A stretch of DNA of 64,000 nt from positions 42,250 to 106,249 of the forward strand of contig JBHEME010000001.1 of assembly GCA_046262755.1 (NCBI GenBank), in the 5' to 3' direction. This DNA comes from Gemmatimonadaceae bacterium. Its GTDB lineage: Bacteria > Gemmatimonadota > Gemmatimonadetes > Gemmatimonadales > Gemmatimonadaceae. Positions 29,622-37,883 of the stretch are shown here, piece by piece. The notes beneath the pieces are model-generated. The model saw nothing but the letters and a program-made list of their open reading frames with translations, did no database searches and was not told where the DNA came from. Position 1 is the stretch's first letter. Each line of letters opens with the position of its first letter. Both the position numbers and the translations under genes were made by a program.

Positions 29622-29900
29622 CTACTGCGAGTAATATGCTTGAATGCAGAGCGTTACGAGCTGCTGACGAACTCTCTCGTTCTGATCAGAGTTCTGCGGT
29701 CGCAGAGATTCGGCGAGCGAGTTCCAAAGTTCCTTGAAAGCGATGATCAGCTGCTCCGGGCGAATGTCTTTTTCTCGGGCCTCCCGTCCCACCTTTTGAA
29801 GGAGCACAACCAGTTCGGACGTTGGAGCATCAGGTTTTTTCAGCTGATCGATCAGCGCCGTCCGCAACTCCTTCATCGTGCTTTCTGAAAGTGTGCCCAC
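29622..29900 (-). CDS. Hypothetical small all-helical protein (92 aa), 67 nt upstream of the giant glucan synthase gene
   Basis: The ORF has a GTG start at 29900, with ATG 29876 as an alternative. The sequence MKELRTALIDQLKK...IRPEQLIIAFKELWNSLAESL is amphipathic helix-like, and I do not recognise a family. Confidence 0.5.
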   Translation of the reverse strand: MGTLSESTMKELRTALIDQLKKPDAPTSELVVLLQKVGREAREKDIRPEQLIIAFKELWNSLAESLRPQNSDQNERVRQQLVTLCIQAYYSQ

Positions 29901-29963
29901 GGGCTATGAGGCCAATAGTTCTACCGACCCTCTGACTGGTGGCGAAGAGGGCGGACATCTGTT

Positions 29964-29978
29964 CCCTAGAATATAGGG
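29964..29978. promoter_or_regulatory. Palindrome CCCTA-GAATA-TAGGG in the divergent intergenic region
   Basis: It lies between the divergent genes 29622..29900 (-) and 30054..30395 (+). It is a candidate operator and its function is unknown. Confidence 0.25.
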
Positions 29979-30053
29979 CGTGCATGACCGGCGCTAGAGA
30001 AACAGCCGGGTCCGTAAGTTGCCGGCTGACCTTGTTTTCTTTCGGTTGGTGCA

Positions 30054-30395
30054 GTGAGTAAGGTCTTGATTCTCGCCCGCGAGGATGTGGTCGCAGCGCT
30101 GTTGGGTTTGATGGTGGAGCTTCGGGGTTTCGAGCCCAGGTTTCTGCGAGCCGGTGATGACGTTGCCGATACGCTTGAGCGCGACCGCCCCAGAATAGTA
30201 GTGATCGATTGCGATTTCCCAGATTGCGGCGAGATCCTGCTCGAGAAGATCCGACGCGCGGGCGCCAAACCGATCCTTTTCAGTCCCTTCCGAATGCTGG
30301 CGGAGGTTCGTGACGTTGCGACACGTCTAGGAGTTGGATCGTTTACTCTCCCGATGGACCCTGAAACTTTTGGAAAAATGCTGCTCGAAATGTGA
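30054..30395 (+). CDS. Stand-alone receiver (CheY-like) domain protein, probably a pseudo-receiver
   Basis: The 113-aa ORF has a GTG start. Beta1 reads KVLILARED, the putative acceptor region reads RIVVIDCDFPD and the Ser/Thr position reads ILFSPF. The conserved Lys of the KP motif is replaced (FTLPMDPETF). Confidence 0.55.
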   Translation: MSKVLILAREDVVAALLGLMVELRGFEPRFLRAGDDVADTLERDRPRIVVIDCDFPDCGEILLEKIRRAGAKPILFSPFRMLAEVRDVATRLGVGSFTLPMDPETFGKMLLEM

Positions 30396-30404
30396 GCCGC
30401 ATTT

Positions 30405-30584
30405 TTATTTTCTGGGCCTCCGACTGCCTTTCTCGCCTTTCTCCGCCTTTTCGGGGATAAAGCTCTTCCCTTTTTCGCTGGACTGGAAATTCTGCTTGTC
30501 CTGCTCGTGTATCCTCTGATCGTCAGTCAGATTCTTTTGATCGGTAGTGATCGCGTCCTTCTGATGCTTCCAATCAGTCTTCAT
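30405..30584 (-). CDS. Small (59 aa) highly charged hydrophilic protein, hypothetical
   Basis: This uses the internal Met30 of the listed 88-aa ORF, with GGAGAAG just upstream. The sequence is MKTDWKHQKDAITTDQKNLTDDQRIHEQDKQNFQSSEKGKSFIPEKAEKGEKGSRRPRK. Confidence 0.4.
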   Translation of the reverse strand: MKTDWKHQKDAITTDQKNLTDDQRIHEQDKQNFQSSEKGKSFIPEKAEKGEKGSRRPRK

Positions 30585-30682
30585 GGCTTCTCCGTCGATT
30601 GGTGATACTGGAACCCAGGGCCAACAAACGTGCTCGTTACACGAAGCATGCCCGTTTGCCCACCACACCAAGCACGGAGCCG

Positions 30683-31546
30683 CTAGCGGAATCTCACTCC
30701 ACCGTGGATCCGGAAAAGCGTCACGTCGGATGGTACCGAGTACACTTGCGCGCCGACGTCAAATATCCGCCGCACGACGTCCGTTAGCCCTCCGAAGATC
30801 GTTGCACGCGTGAGCGGTTCGTCAAGCTGCACCTGAGTCCTGTCTACATTGCCGTTGGCATCGGTGAAACCCACCTGAAAATGCGGATCGATTCTGTTCA
30901 ATCCCACGCCGCCGTAGAAAGAAAGGGTCCCCGCACCAGGTGCAAATCCGGCTGCAATCTCTCCGCCGAACATATCCGGATGGAATGTGTCCGTCGATGG
31001 ATTCGTGCCGAAGCACGGACTCGATGCTGATGTCTGTTGGAGCGACGAGCGCGGACAGGTAATTGCGCCCTTCACGTTTCCGAAAGTTCCATGGGCGCGC
31101 AGCATCAGCGTCGTTCCGCTGGCCGCGGGTCCGATCGCCAAATGGTGTGCGTGCGAAATCGCAAAACTGAAAAGATTCGGTTTCGCTCTCGCTATCGTCA
31201 CCGGCGGCAGGTACGCGACCTCAAGAGCGAATCCGAACGGTCCGCCAACAGTTATTCTGGGCCTCCCGAATACGGGCGAGAGTGAGGTATGCTCGCTCTT
31301 TTGCGTGAAACACGCTCCCGTCTGTTCAATTCCCGGGTCTGGCTTGGGTAAATACTCGGCTTCACCGCCGATCCTGATGCTTGCCGGCGGCATCATTTCC
31401 GGGGCAGTGGCCACCGAGAATGAAATGGGAGCAGTGTAAAAAGCCAACAACTTTCCCTCGTTGCTTTCCGACTTGACCTTGCATTGAGCTGCCGCGGCGT
31501 GCTGCACCAAAGCGAGACCCATCGCGATTACAAAGCTTGACCGCAT
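30683..31546 (-). CDS. Putative outer-membrane beta-barrel protein, hypothetical
   Basis: The 287-aa ORF has a signal peptide (MRSSFVIAMGLALVQHAAAAQ). It has alternating hydrophobic strands and Gly/aromatic-rich segments, and its C-terminus reads LFRIHGGVRFR. I do not recognise a family. Confidence 0.5.
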   Translation of the reverse strand: MRSSFVIAMGLALVQHAAAAQCKVKSESNEGKLLAFYTAPISFSVATAPEMMPPASIRIGGEAEYLPKPDPGIEQTGACFTQKSEHTSLSPVFGRPRITVGGPFGFALEVAYLPPVTIARAKPNLFSFAISHAHHLAIGPAASGTTLMLRAHGTFGNVKGAITCPRSSLQQTSASSPCFGTNPSTDTFHPDMFGGEIAAGFAPGAGTLSFYGGVGLNRIDPHFQVGFTDANGNVDRTQVQLDEPLTRATIFGGLTDVVRRIFDVGAQVYSVPSDVTLFRIHGGVRFR

Positions 31547-31793
31547 TGAACGACCCCCTAGTGTAGGCTGTCAGACGAAATAAGGTAGGGTTGCTTCATA
31601 ACCGCGGGACAACGCCGTCGGCAGGAAGAGCATTCCGCGGTGCCAAGGTATGCCGTCCGCAGGGGAGCGGCAGCAACGAATAGGGCCGAGGCTCAGGCAG
31701 TTAGATCTTGGTCGAACTTGCTGCGCTTTGTCGGCAGCGACGCCAACAGGCAAAGTAATCTTCACGAAGTGACGTGCAGTCGGGAGTGGCGAT

Positions 31794-31827
31794 CCTTCTG
31801 GCGTCGATCCCCTCCTGGCGTCGATTT
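31794..31827. repeat. Imperfect 17-nt tandem direct repeat (CCTTCTGGCGTCGATCC / CCTCCTGGCGTCGATTT)
   Basis: 14 of 17 positions are identical by hand count. A partial third copy (GGCGATCC) lies immediately upstream, and the repeat sits inside the 342-nt noncoding gap. Confidence 0.5.
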
Positions 31828-31888
31828 GCCCCGGGCGTAGGAATGGGTTGCAGTCGTCACCTATTCCATTGTTAGTTTCTTATCTTAC

Positions 31889-32452
31889 CTAAGCAATCTT
31901 GACTGCCTGAACCTCGATATTGATCTTGATCTCGTTTCCGACCAGGACTCCGCCCGTCTCGAGCGCTTGGTTCCAGGTCAAGCCGAACTCGCGACGATCA
32001 ATTTTGCCGCTTGCGCTGAAGCCAACGCGCTCACCGCCCCACGGATCCTTGTTTCGACCCTCGAACTCGACATCGAGTGTCACTTCCCGCGTAATGTCGC
32101 GGATCGTGAGATCGCCGGTCACTTTAAAGCTCTTTTGGTCGCCCGTGATCCGCTTGCTCTTGAAAACAATGTCCGGGTACTTCTCGACATTGAGGAAATC
32201 ACCCGACCGAAGGTGCTGGTCGCGCTGATCCGTGCGCGTATCTATGCTCGTGGCTTTCAGCTTCGCTTCGACGGACGAGTTCTGGGGATTTTTTTCGTCC
32301 GTGTAGATGATCCCGTCAACTTCTGCGATTCGACCCTTCACGGTAGTGATCATCATGTGCTTGGCCGAAAACTCGACTAGGGTATGAGCTGCATCGAGCT
32401 TCCAGGCAGTCTTGGTGCCCGCTGCCGTGTCGGGCTGTACAGTTGTCGTCAT
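31889..32452 (-). CDS. yceI: YceI family polyisoprenoid-binding protein
   Basis: The 187-aa ORF contains WKLDAAHTLVEFSAKHMMITTVKGRI and GDLTIRDITREVTLD, both typical of YceI. Confidence 0.9.
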   Translation of the reverse strand: MTTTVQPDTAAGTKTAWKLDAAHTLVEFSAKHMMITTVKGRIAEVDGIIYTDEKNPQNSSVEAKLKATSIDTRTDQRDQHLRSGDFLNVEKYPDIVFKSKRITGDQKSFKVTGDLTIRDITREVTLDVEFEGRNKDPWGGERVGFSASGKIDRREFGLTWNQALETGGVLVGNEIKINIEVQAVKIA

Positions 32453-32495
32453 TGGTCCTGTTCCTTGTAGTGGTAGTAGATCTCGTGCCGCGTGC

Positions 32496-32524
32496 TGGAC
32501 TTACTTAAGATATGCTAGTATACT
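32496..32524 (+). promoter_or_regulatory. Candidate sigma70-type promoter TGGACT-17 nt-TATACT for the HxlR gene
   Basis: Hexamers and spacing were read by eye in the AT-rich divergent region. This promoter would favour ATG 32572 as the HxlR start. Confidence 0.3.
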
Positions 32525-32537
32525 TTGGTAAGTAAGT
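32499..32537. promoter_or_regulatory. Perfect 9-bp inverted repeat ACTTACTTA-(21 nt)-TAAGTAAGT, candidate HxlR operator
   Basis: Both arms were read directly (32499-32507 and 32529-32537). The element lies between the divergent yceI and hxlR-type genes and overlaps the candidate promoter. Confidence 0.45.
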
Positions 32538-32538
32538 T

Positions 32539-32958
32539 GTGTCAACTAACTCATTACGAAATATTCCCTCCATGGCCGAGATAGTTTCGCCCGTCTGTTC
32601 GCGCTTTCACCGCGCTGTCGAGCTGATCGGCAGCCGCTGGACCGGCGCCATCATCCAGACCTTGCTTCAGGGAAGCACCCGTTATGCCATGATCCGGTCG
32701 GCCATTCCCGACATCACCGACCGCATGCTCTCCGAAAGGCTCAGGTCACTCGAAGCGGAAGGATTGGTGACTCGAACCGTGATCCCCGAAAGCCCCATCC
32801 GGGTCGAATACGAGCTGACACACAAGGGTCGCTCGCTGGAAAAAGCGCTCAATGCGATCGGCACCTGGGCAGAGCGATGGATTCCGCTCCCCGACCACCA
32901 ACTTCATCGCAAGCACCACGACGTAACGTCAACTCCCAGGAAAGCCGGACGCTCATGA
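32539..32958 (+). CDS. HxlR family transcriptional regulator
   Basis: The sequence CSRFHRAVELIGSRWTGAIIQTLLQG...DRMLSERLRSLEAEGLVTRT is a typical HxlR wHTH. The listed start is GTG 32539, but in-frame ATG 32572 (MAEIVSPVC...) is probably the real start. Confidence 0.85.
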   Translation: MSTNSLRNIPSMAEIVSPVCSRFHRAVELIGSRWTGAIIQTLLQGSTRYAMIRSAIPDITDRMLSERLRSLEAEGLVTRTVIPESPIRVEYELTHKGRSLEKALNAIGTWAERWIPLPDHQLHRKHHDVTSTPRKAGRS

Positions 32959-35222
32959 TCTTTGAGAATGTTCGCTTCGCTGTTCGCACTGCTACGCTTG
33001 CGACAGTCCTGTGCGCCTTTCCCGTCATCCTGCCTGCACAGAGCGCCGGCTTGGTTACTGGCGTTGTCACCGATGCCGTTAGCGGGCGCCCGCTCGCCGG
33101 CGCGCGAGTCTCCGCGGCGGGCTCTTCCCGCGCAGCTGTCACCAATGATCGCGGCGAATATCGACTCGAAGGTATCGGTGCGGGCGATGCAACTCTTACG
33201 GCTTCACACCTGGGCAATGAGCCATCGACTCGAATTGTTCGGATCTCCGCTGGCGAACTCACTGCAGTTGACTTCGCACTGAAGCCCGGATCTGTTCTTT
33301 TGTCGGATGTTGTGGTAAGCGCTAATCGCTCCCCTCAGTCGCCGCGAGAAGTTGCCGCCACGGTCAACGCGATGTCCCGCGAGCGTGTGCACACAAACCC
33401 AGCACGCACAACCGACGATCTCCTTCGCGAGCTCCCTGGAATCGAGTTGCCAAGGACTTCCAGTACCGTGTCAGGCCCTGAAGAAATCGTCTCGGTCCGT
33501 GGGGCCGACGAGGGACGCACACTGGTCTTGCTGGACGATGTCCCGCTCAACGATCCGTGGGGCGAATGGATTCAATGGAACCGCGCGCCCCGCTTCCAAC
33601 TCGATCGCGCCGAGATCCTGGAAGGCGGCGGCTCGAACCTGTACGGGAATTACGCGATGGGGGGCGTCATATCCCTCATCAGCCAGCCCATCCTCAAGCG
33701 CGCATACAACCTGATGGCGAGTGGAGGCAGCCGGGGCGCCGGTGACTTTTCGCTTTACGCCAGCAATCTCGCTGGTCCTCTCGGATTTTCCGCGAGCGCC
33801 GATTACGGAACCGGCGGCGGTTACACGCTGCTTCGCCCCAGCCAGCGCGGCTCCATCGACCAGGCAAACTCGGTCACTCGACGGAGTTTAAATGGGCGCG
33901 TCGAATACTCCGTCGGGGCTGTCGGGAGCCTTTTCGCCAACGCCAACTATTTCGACGATGATCGAAGTCTTGGTACTCCGCTCACCGAGCCCAATCGACG
34001 GCGCATCATCGGCGGAGTTCTGGGTGGCAGCTTCGGAGCGCCTCTCGGAGGAATGATCGAAGCGCGGTTCTTTGGCCAGCACCAAAATTACGACAGTCAT
34101 TCTTCCGTGGTAAACGCCGCTCGAACCTCCGAGCGTCCGAATGTCGCCCAAACCATCCCCAGCCATGACCTCGGCGGATCCCTTCAGTGGATGCGGAGCA
34201 TGGGGATGCTCCAGCTTCTTTCTGTCGGCGCCGATTTTCGCACTATGGTCGGCAGCCTCCATGAAGCTGTCTACGACGCTGCTGGCACCGTTGCGGGAAT
34301 GCGTGTCTCCGGCGGAACTCAACGGGTGTTCGGCGCTTTCCTGCAGGGCGTTGTAGCTCCGGTGGAACCGCTTCGCGTCGAGGCCAGCGCGCGGTTCGAT
34401 AGCTGGCGCAGTTTCAACGGCTTTCGAAACGATGGCACCGCTGTTCCTCCAACCGCTATTACCTATCCGGCCAAAAACAATTCCGCTTTTGCGCCCCGGG
34501 TGGGTCTACGGTACAAACTTCTCAATTCGGTGACGTTGCGGAGCTCGTACTATCGCGCTTTTCGCGCCCCGACGCTTTCCGAAGAATATCGAACGTTCTT
34601 CGCGGGGCCGAACACTTTCATGGGCAACCCCGATCTCACGCCTGAATACTTGACGGGTTACGACATCGGTATGGACTGGGATCCGTTGCCGGCGGTGGAA
34701 TTTCGTGCGACTGGTTTTTGGAACAAGTATAAGGACCTGGACGACTTCACCTTCCTGAGTCCTGGGCCCACGCCCGGAACTACGATTCTCCAGCGACAGA
34801 ACGTCGGCGCCGTGCGGAGCCGAGGCGGTGAGAGTGAAGTAGCGTTCCGCGTTCTTCGGGAGCTCACGCTGTCCGCCAGCTACAACTACGACCTGGCCCG
34901 CGTTGTAGCTACGAAGGCTTTCGTCAATCGAGTTCCTCTTCAGCGCGGATCCGCTCGACTGACTTTCGATTCACCCCGCGTCGCGACTGTCAACGGCATC
35001 TTCCGTTACGAGGGTCCGAATCACGCGCTCGGCGGGGCGCGCCTCGCGCCCTTTGGGGTCCTCGATCTCGATGCGCGTCGCCAACTTCGTCATGGCACCG
35101 ACGTGTTTGCTGCCGCGGAGAACCTTTTCAACCGTGAGTACGTGGTAAACCGCTCCGGGACTCTCGAGTCACTGGGTTTGCCCCGGACTTTGCGCGCTGG
35201 AATTTCTTTCGGCTCATTTTGA
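32955..35222 (+). CDS. TonB-dependent receptor with an N-terminal CarboxypepD_reg-like domain
   Basis: This uses the internal Met27 of the listed ORF (MIFENVRFAVRTATLATVLCAFPVILPAQS), whose ATG overlaps the HxlR stop as ATGA. The protein has GLVTGVVTDAVSGRPLAGARV, a plug region (VSVRGADEGRTLVLLDDVPLNDPWG) and a C-terminal ...RAGISFGSF. Confidence 0.9.
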   Translation: MIFENVRFAVRTATLATVLCAFPVILPAQSAGLVTGVVTDAVSGRPLAGARVSAAGSSRAAVTNDRGEYRLEGIGAGDATLTASHLGNEPSTRIVRISAGELTAVDFALKPGSVLLSDVVVSANRSPQSPREVAATVNAMSRERVHTNPARTTDDLLRELPGIELPRTSSTVSGPEEIVSVRGADEGRTLVLLDDVPLNDPWGEWIQWNRAPRFQLDRAEILEGGGSNLYGNYAMGGVISLISQPILKRAYNLMASGGSRGAGDFSLYASNLAGPLGFSASADYGTGGGYTLLRPSQRGSIDQANSVTRRSLNGRVEYSVGAVGSLFANANYFDDDRSLGTPLTEPNRRRIIGGVLGGSFGAPLGGMIEARFFGQHQNYDSHSSVVNAARTSERPNVAQTIPSHDLGGSLQWMRSMGMLQLLSVGADFRTMVGSLHEAVYDAAGTVAGMRVSGGTQRVFGAFLQGVVAPVEPLRVEASARFDSWRSFNGFRNDGTAVPPTAITYPAKNNSAFAPRVGLRYKLLNSVTLRSSYYRAFRAPTLSEEYRTFFAGPNTFMGNPDLTPEYLTGYDIGMDWDPLPAVEFRATGFWNKYKDLDDFTFLSPGPTPGTTILQRQNVGAVRSRGGESEVAFRVLRELTLSASYNYDLARVVATKAFVNRVPLQRGSARLTFDSPRVATVNGIFRYEGPNHALGGARLAPFGVLDLDARRQLRHGTDVFAAAENLFNREYVVNRSGTLESLGLPRTLRAGISFGSF

Positions 35223-35289
35223 ATTTGCGAACGCCGGACAATGAGTTGCACCGTTGAGCGCCGCGTTCGTATGAGGTTCGAAATGAGAG

Positions 35290-35362
<73 letters not shown>

Positions 35363-35431
35363 GAATGCCGCTGATTCGACAGCACAATTAACATAACCGC
35401 GACCTTCTAATCAACGCCGGAAGACGAGCTC

Positions 35432-35833
35432 TCAACGACTCGCATTCTTGCCGTACACCGAGGTGATCACCGACTTGATCCCGCCTCTGGTGTTGAAATC
35501 CCCCATGACCTTCATCCACTTCGGTGACGCTGCGGCTGTCAGATCATCGAGAATTCGATTTACCGCCCGCTCGTAGAAAATGCCATCGTTCCGAAAGCTC
35601 CAGAGATAGAGCTTGAGGCTCTTCAGCTCGATGCACTTCGCCGCTGGAGCGTAAGTGATGCGAATCGTACCGAAATCCGGCGCCCCTCCCCTCAGTAGCG
35701 CCAGCTCCTCCGCATCACTCTCGATACCGCCTATTGGACACAACGACGTGAACTCCGAGCAATCCATGTGGATTTCGTAGTCGCGATCGGCGTACGGATT
35801 GTCGAATGTTTCGAGGAGTTCGGGCCTTGGCAT
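35432..35833 (-). CDS. queF: NADPH-dependent 7-cyano-7-deazaguanine (preQ0) reductase QueF
   Basis: The 133-aa ORF contains EFTSLCP (catalytic Cys motif) and IELKSLKLYLWSFRNDGIFYE. Confidence 0.85.
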   Translation of the reverse strand: MPRPELLETFDNPYADRDYEIHMDCSEFTSLCPIGGIESDAEELALLRGGAPDFGTIRITYAPAAKCIELKSLKLYLWSFRNDGIFYERAVNRILDDLTAAASPKWMKVMGDFNTRGGIKSVITSVYGKNASR

Positions 35834-35911
35834 CCCGAACGATGCACCGGCATTTGGCGCGGATCAATCCGCTGCGAAGCTGCCTTAGTGGTGGCTGCGC
35901 AGCCTGGGCGA

Positions 35912-36811
35912 TCACTCGTCGCGCAGCTTCCTCGACATTTCTTCGAGAAGTCGGCGCTCGTCCCGTGTCAGACTGTTCATCCCTTGTTCGGAAATTTTGT
36001 CCAGCACCCGATTGACCCTGGCCGCGTATTCCTTGGGCGATTCCTGCTTGGGGACGTGTTGCAGCGGCTTACTCTCGCGAAGCACAATTGCGTTACTGCG
36101 CGCCACGACCTCGTCAACTCCTCGCGCTTGGTCACGTGTCGGTGCCCGGTTTCTCGGCACGGCTCTCGGCATATCCTCCTGTTCATCAGGAACCGACGAC
36201 ACCCAGCCTTTTACGCGGGTGAGGCCCCCGAGCGAGGCGATCTTTAAGAAAAGCCAGCCGAAAGCCATTCCACCGACGTGCGCTGTCCAATCAATTCCTG
36301 AACTCGGCGAAAGAGCGAAGAGGACATTCATCCCGATCATGGCCGCGACGAGCCAGCGTGACTTCATCGGAATTACGCCGAAAAGGTAGACCTCTTCGTC
36401 TGGCCAGTTGAGCGCGTATGCCACAAGTACACCGCTGATCGCCCCGGAAGCTCCGATGACAGCCGTCTGCGATGCAAATATCAGGTGCGCAATCGCACCA
36501 CCGAGTCCACACCACAGATAGAACTGGGTGAAGCTGCGGGTCCCCCACACTTCCTCGAGCCGGGGTCCGAACATCCAGAGCGTGAACATGTTCAGCGCCA
36601 GATGCCACAGCCACCCGTGGACGAACATGTACGTTGCCGGGGTCCACCAAGTACCGGGGAACCGCGTAGGATCCAGGGCAAGCGCCGAAAAGAGCGCGTC
36701 GCGCCCAAACAGCGTGAGTTGCAGGAAATAGACACCGATATTCAGGGCGAGAAGCCACTGAACTGCGGGCGTCATGCGAGGGGATTCCCGTGCTTCGTAC
36801 TGCTGGCTCAT
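35912..36811 (-). CDS. Rhomboid family intramembrane serine protease with a C-terminal cytoplasmic extension
   Basis: The 299-aa ORF has multiple TM segments, the GASGAISG catalytic Ser motif and a downstream His in a TM segment (AHVGGMAFG). Confidence 0.85.
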   Translation of the reverse strand: MSQQYEARESPRMTPAVQWLLALNIGVYFLQLTLFGRDALFSALALDPTRFPGTWWTPATYMFVHGWLWHLALNMFTLWMFGPRLEEVWGTRSFTQFYLWCGLGGAIAHLIFASQTAVIGASGAISGVLVAYALNWPDEEVYLFGVIPMKSRWLVAAMIGMNVLFALSPSSGIDWTAHVGGMAFGWLFLKIASLGGLTRVKGWVSSVPDEQEDMPRAVPRNRAPTRDQARGVDEVVARSNAIVLRESKPLQHVPKQESPKEYAARVNRVLDKISEQGMNSLTRDERRLLEEMSRKLRDE

Positions 36812-36867
36812 GCAAACCTGAATACGTGGGGACTACATGCTAAGACACAGCGGAGACGTAGGGGTTC

Positions 36868-37866
36868 CTACATCAGCGCGAGCTTCACGATTCGCTCGCA
36901 AAGGTCCGGGAAGGTTATTCCCATCGCTGCCGCACCCTGCGGTATCAGACTGAGCTCAGTCATCCCAGGCAACGTGTTCGCTTCGAGGCAGTAGAATTCC
37001 CCCTCGCTTGTCATCCGAAAGTCGATGCGTGCGTATCCGCGGAGCTTCAAGGCCTTGAATGCCGCCAGCGCTTGCTGCTGAACTTTCCCGGTCGCTTCTC
37101 GCGAAAGGTTTGCGGGGAATTCTTCAACCGCCATCCCAGCCGTGTACTTGCATTCGTAATCATAGATCTCGTGCTGCGGCAGAATCTCCCCAACCGGAAG
37201 CGCGACGTCACCGAGTACACCGACAGTAAGCTCTCGTCCGGCAACGAATCGTTCGATCATGACTTCATCATCGTATCTGTTCGCTTCTTCGATGGCGGGC
37301 AACAGATCTTCCCGCTTTTTCACCAACGACAACCCGACGGTAGAACCCTGCTTGGACGGCTTCACTATTACCGGCAGTCCAAGCATCCCCTCAACCTGTT
37401 CTATAGTAGCCGGTGCCATCAACCAGTCGGCTGTCTTCACGTCCTCGGCGCGGAATAGCTTCTTCGACAGGTCTTTGTCCATCGCCAGTGCACTCGAAAG
37501 ATGACCACTGCCCGTGTAATTCACGTGCGCCATATCGAGGAGCGCCTGGATGGTACCGTCCTCCCCTTGTCCGCCGTGAAGCGCGAGAAAAGCGACGTCT
37601 GCTTCCTTTATCTCCTTCATCGTCGTGAGGTTCGGAAGGAACGCTCCTTCTGCGAATTTGGAGAGCGCCTCGAGCGACGGCGGTTGGGTGCCGACTGTAC
37701 CAGTACTGAGCTCGCGTTCTTCCGCCGAGTTGATTACTCCCCGTGCGGGATCAAGTGCTGTCACTTTATGTCCGCGCTCGCGCAAAGCCAGCACGATACG
37801 GATCCCCGACGCCAGGGAAACATTCCGCTCCGACGACGTGCCGCCCATCAATACCGTGATCTTCAT
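36868..37866 (-). CDS. ddl: D-alanine--D-alanine ligase
   Basis: The 332-aa ORF contains KITVLMGGTSSERNVSLASG and ALHGGQGEDGTIQALLD, with an ATP-grasp C-terminal half (ARIDFRM...LEANTLPGMT). Confidence 0.95.
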   Translation of the reverse strand: MKITVLMGGTSSERNVSLASGIRIVLALRERGHKVTALDPARGVINSAEERELSTGTVGTQPPSLEALSKFAEGAFLPNLTTMKEIKEADVAFLALHGGQGEDGTIQALLDMAHVNYTGSGHLSSALAMDKDLSKKLFRAEDVKTADWLMAPATIEQVEGMLGLPVIVKPSKQGSTVGLSLVKKREDLLPAIEEANRYDDEVMIERFVAGRELTVGVLGDVALPVGEILPQHEIYDYECKYTAGMAVEEFPANLSREATGKVQQQALAAFKALKLRGYARIDFRMTSEGEFYCLEANTLPGMTELSLIPQGAAAMGITFPDLCERIVKLALM

Positions 37867-37883
37867 CTGCTGACTTTCGCTCC

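Noticed and set aside
31571-31765. Listed ORFs inside the 342-nt spacer (31571..31765 minus, 31640..31840 plus).
   Set aside because: Their composition is implausible (Arg/Cys/Pro-rich), they have no SD and they overlap each other. They are treated as noncoding.
32877-32954. N-terminal extensions of several listed ORFs: TBDR 32877, NUDIX 46730, M16 49388, DUF2225-like 56689, MBL 59909, DUF3006 19710, and 4505 for the small WG protein.
   Set aside because: In each case an internal Met with a better SD, a signal peptide or a family-typical N-terminus exists. The extension also overlaps the neighbouring gene or is compositionally odd.
35834-35911. A preQ1 riboswitch upstream of queF.
   Set aside because: The 78-nt spacer does not contain the preQ1-I/II consensus elements I know. 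It has only a GGCTGCGCAGCC palindrome and a short GCGGA/TCCGC hairpin. queF also appears to be co-transcribed with the rhomboid gene.
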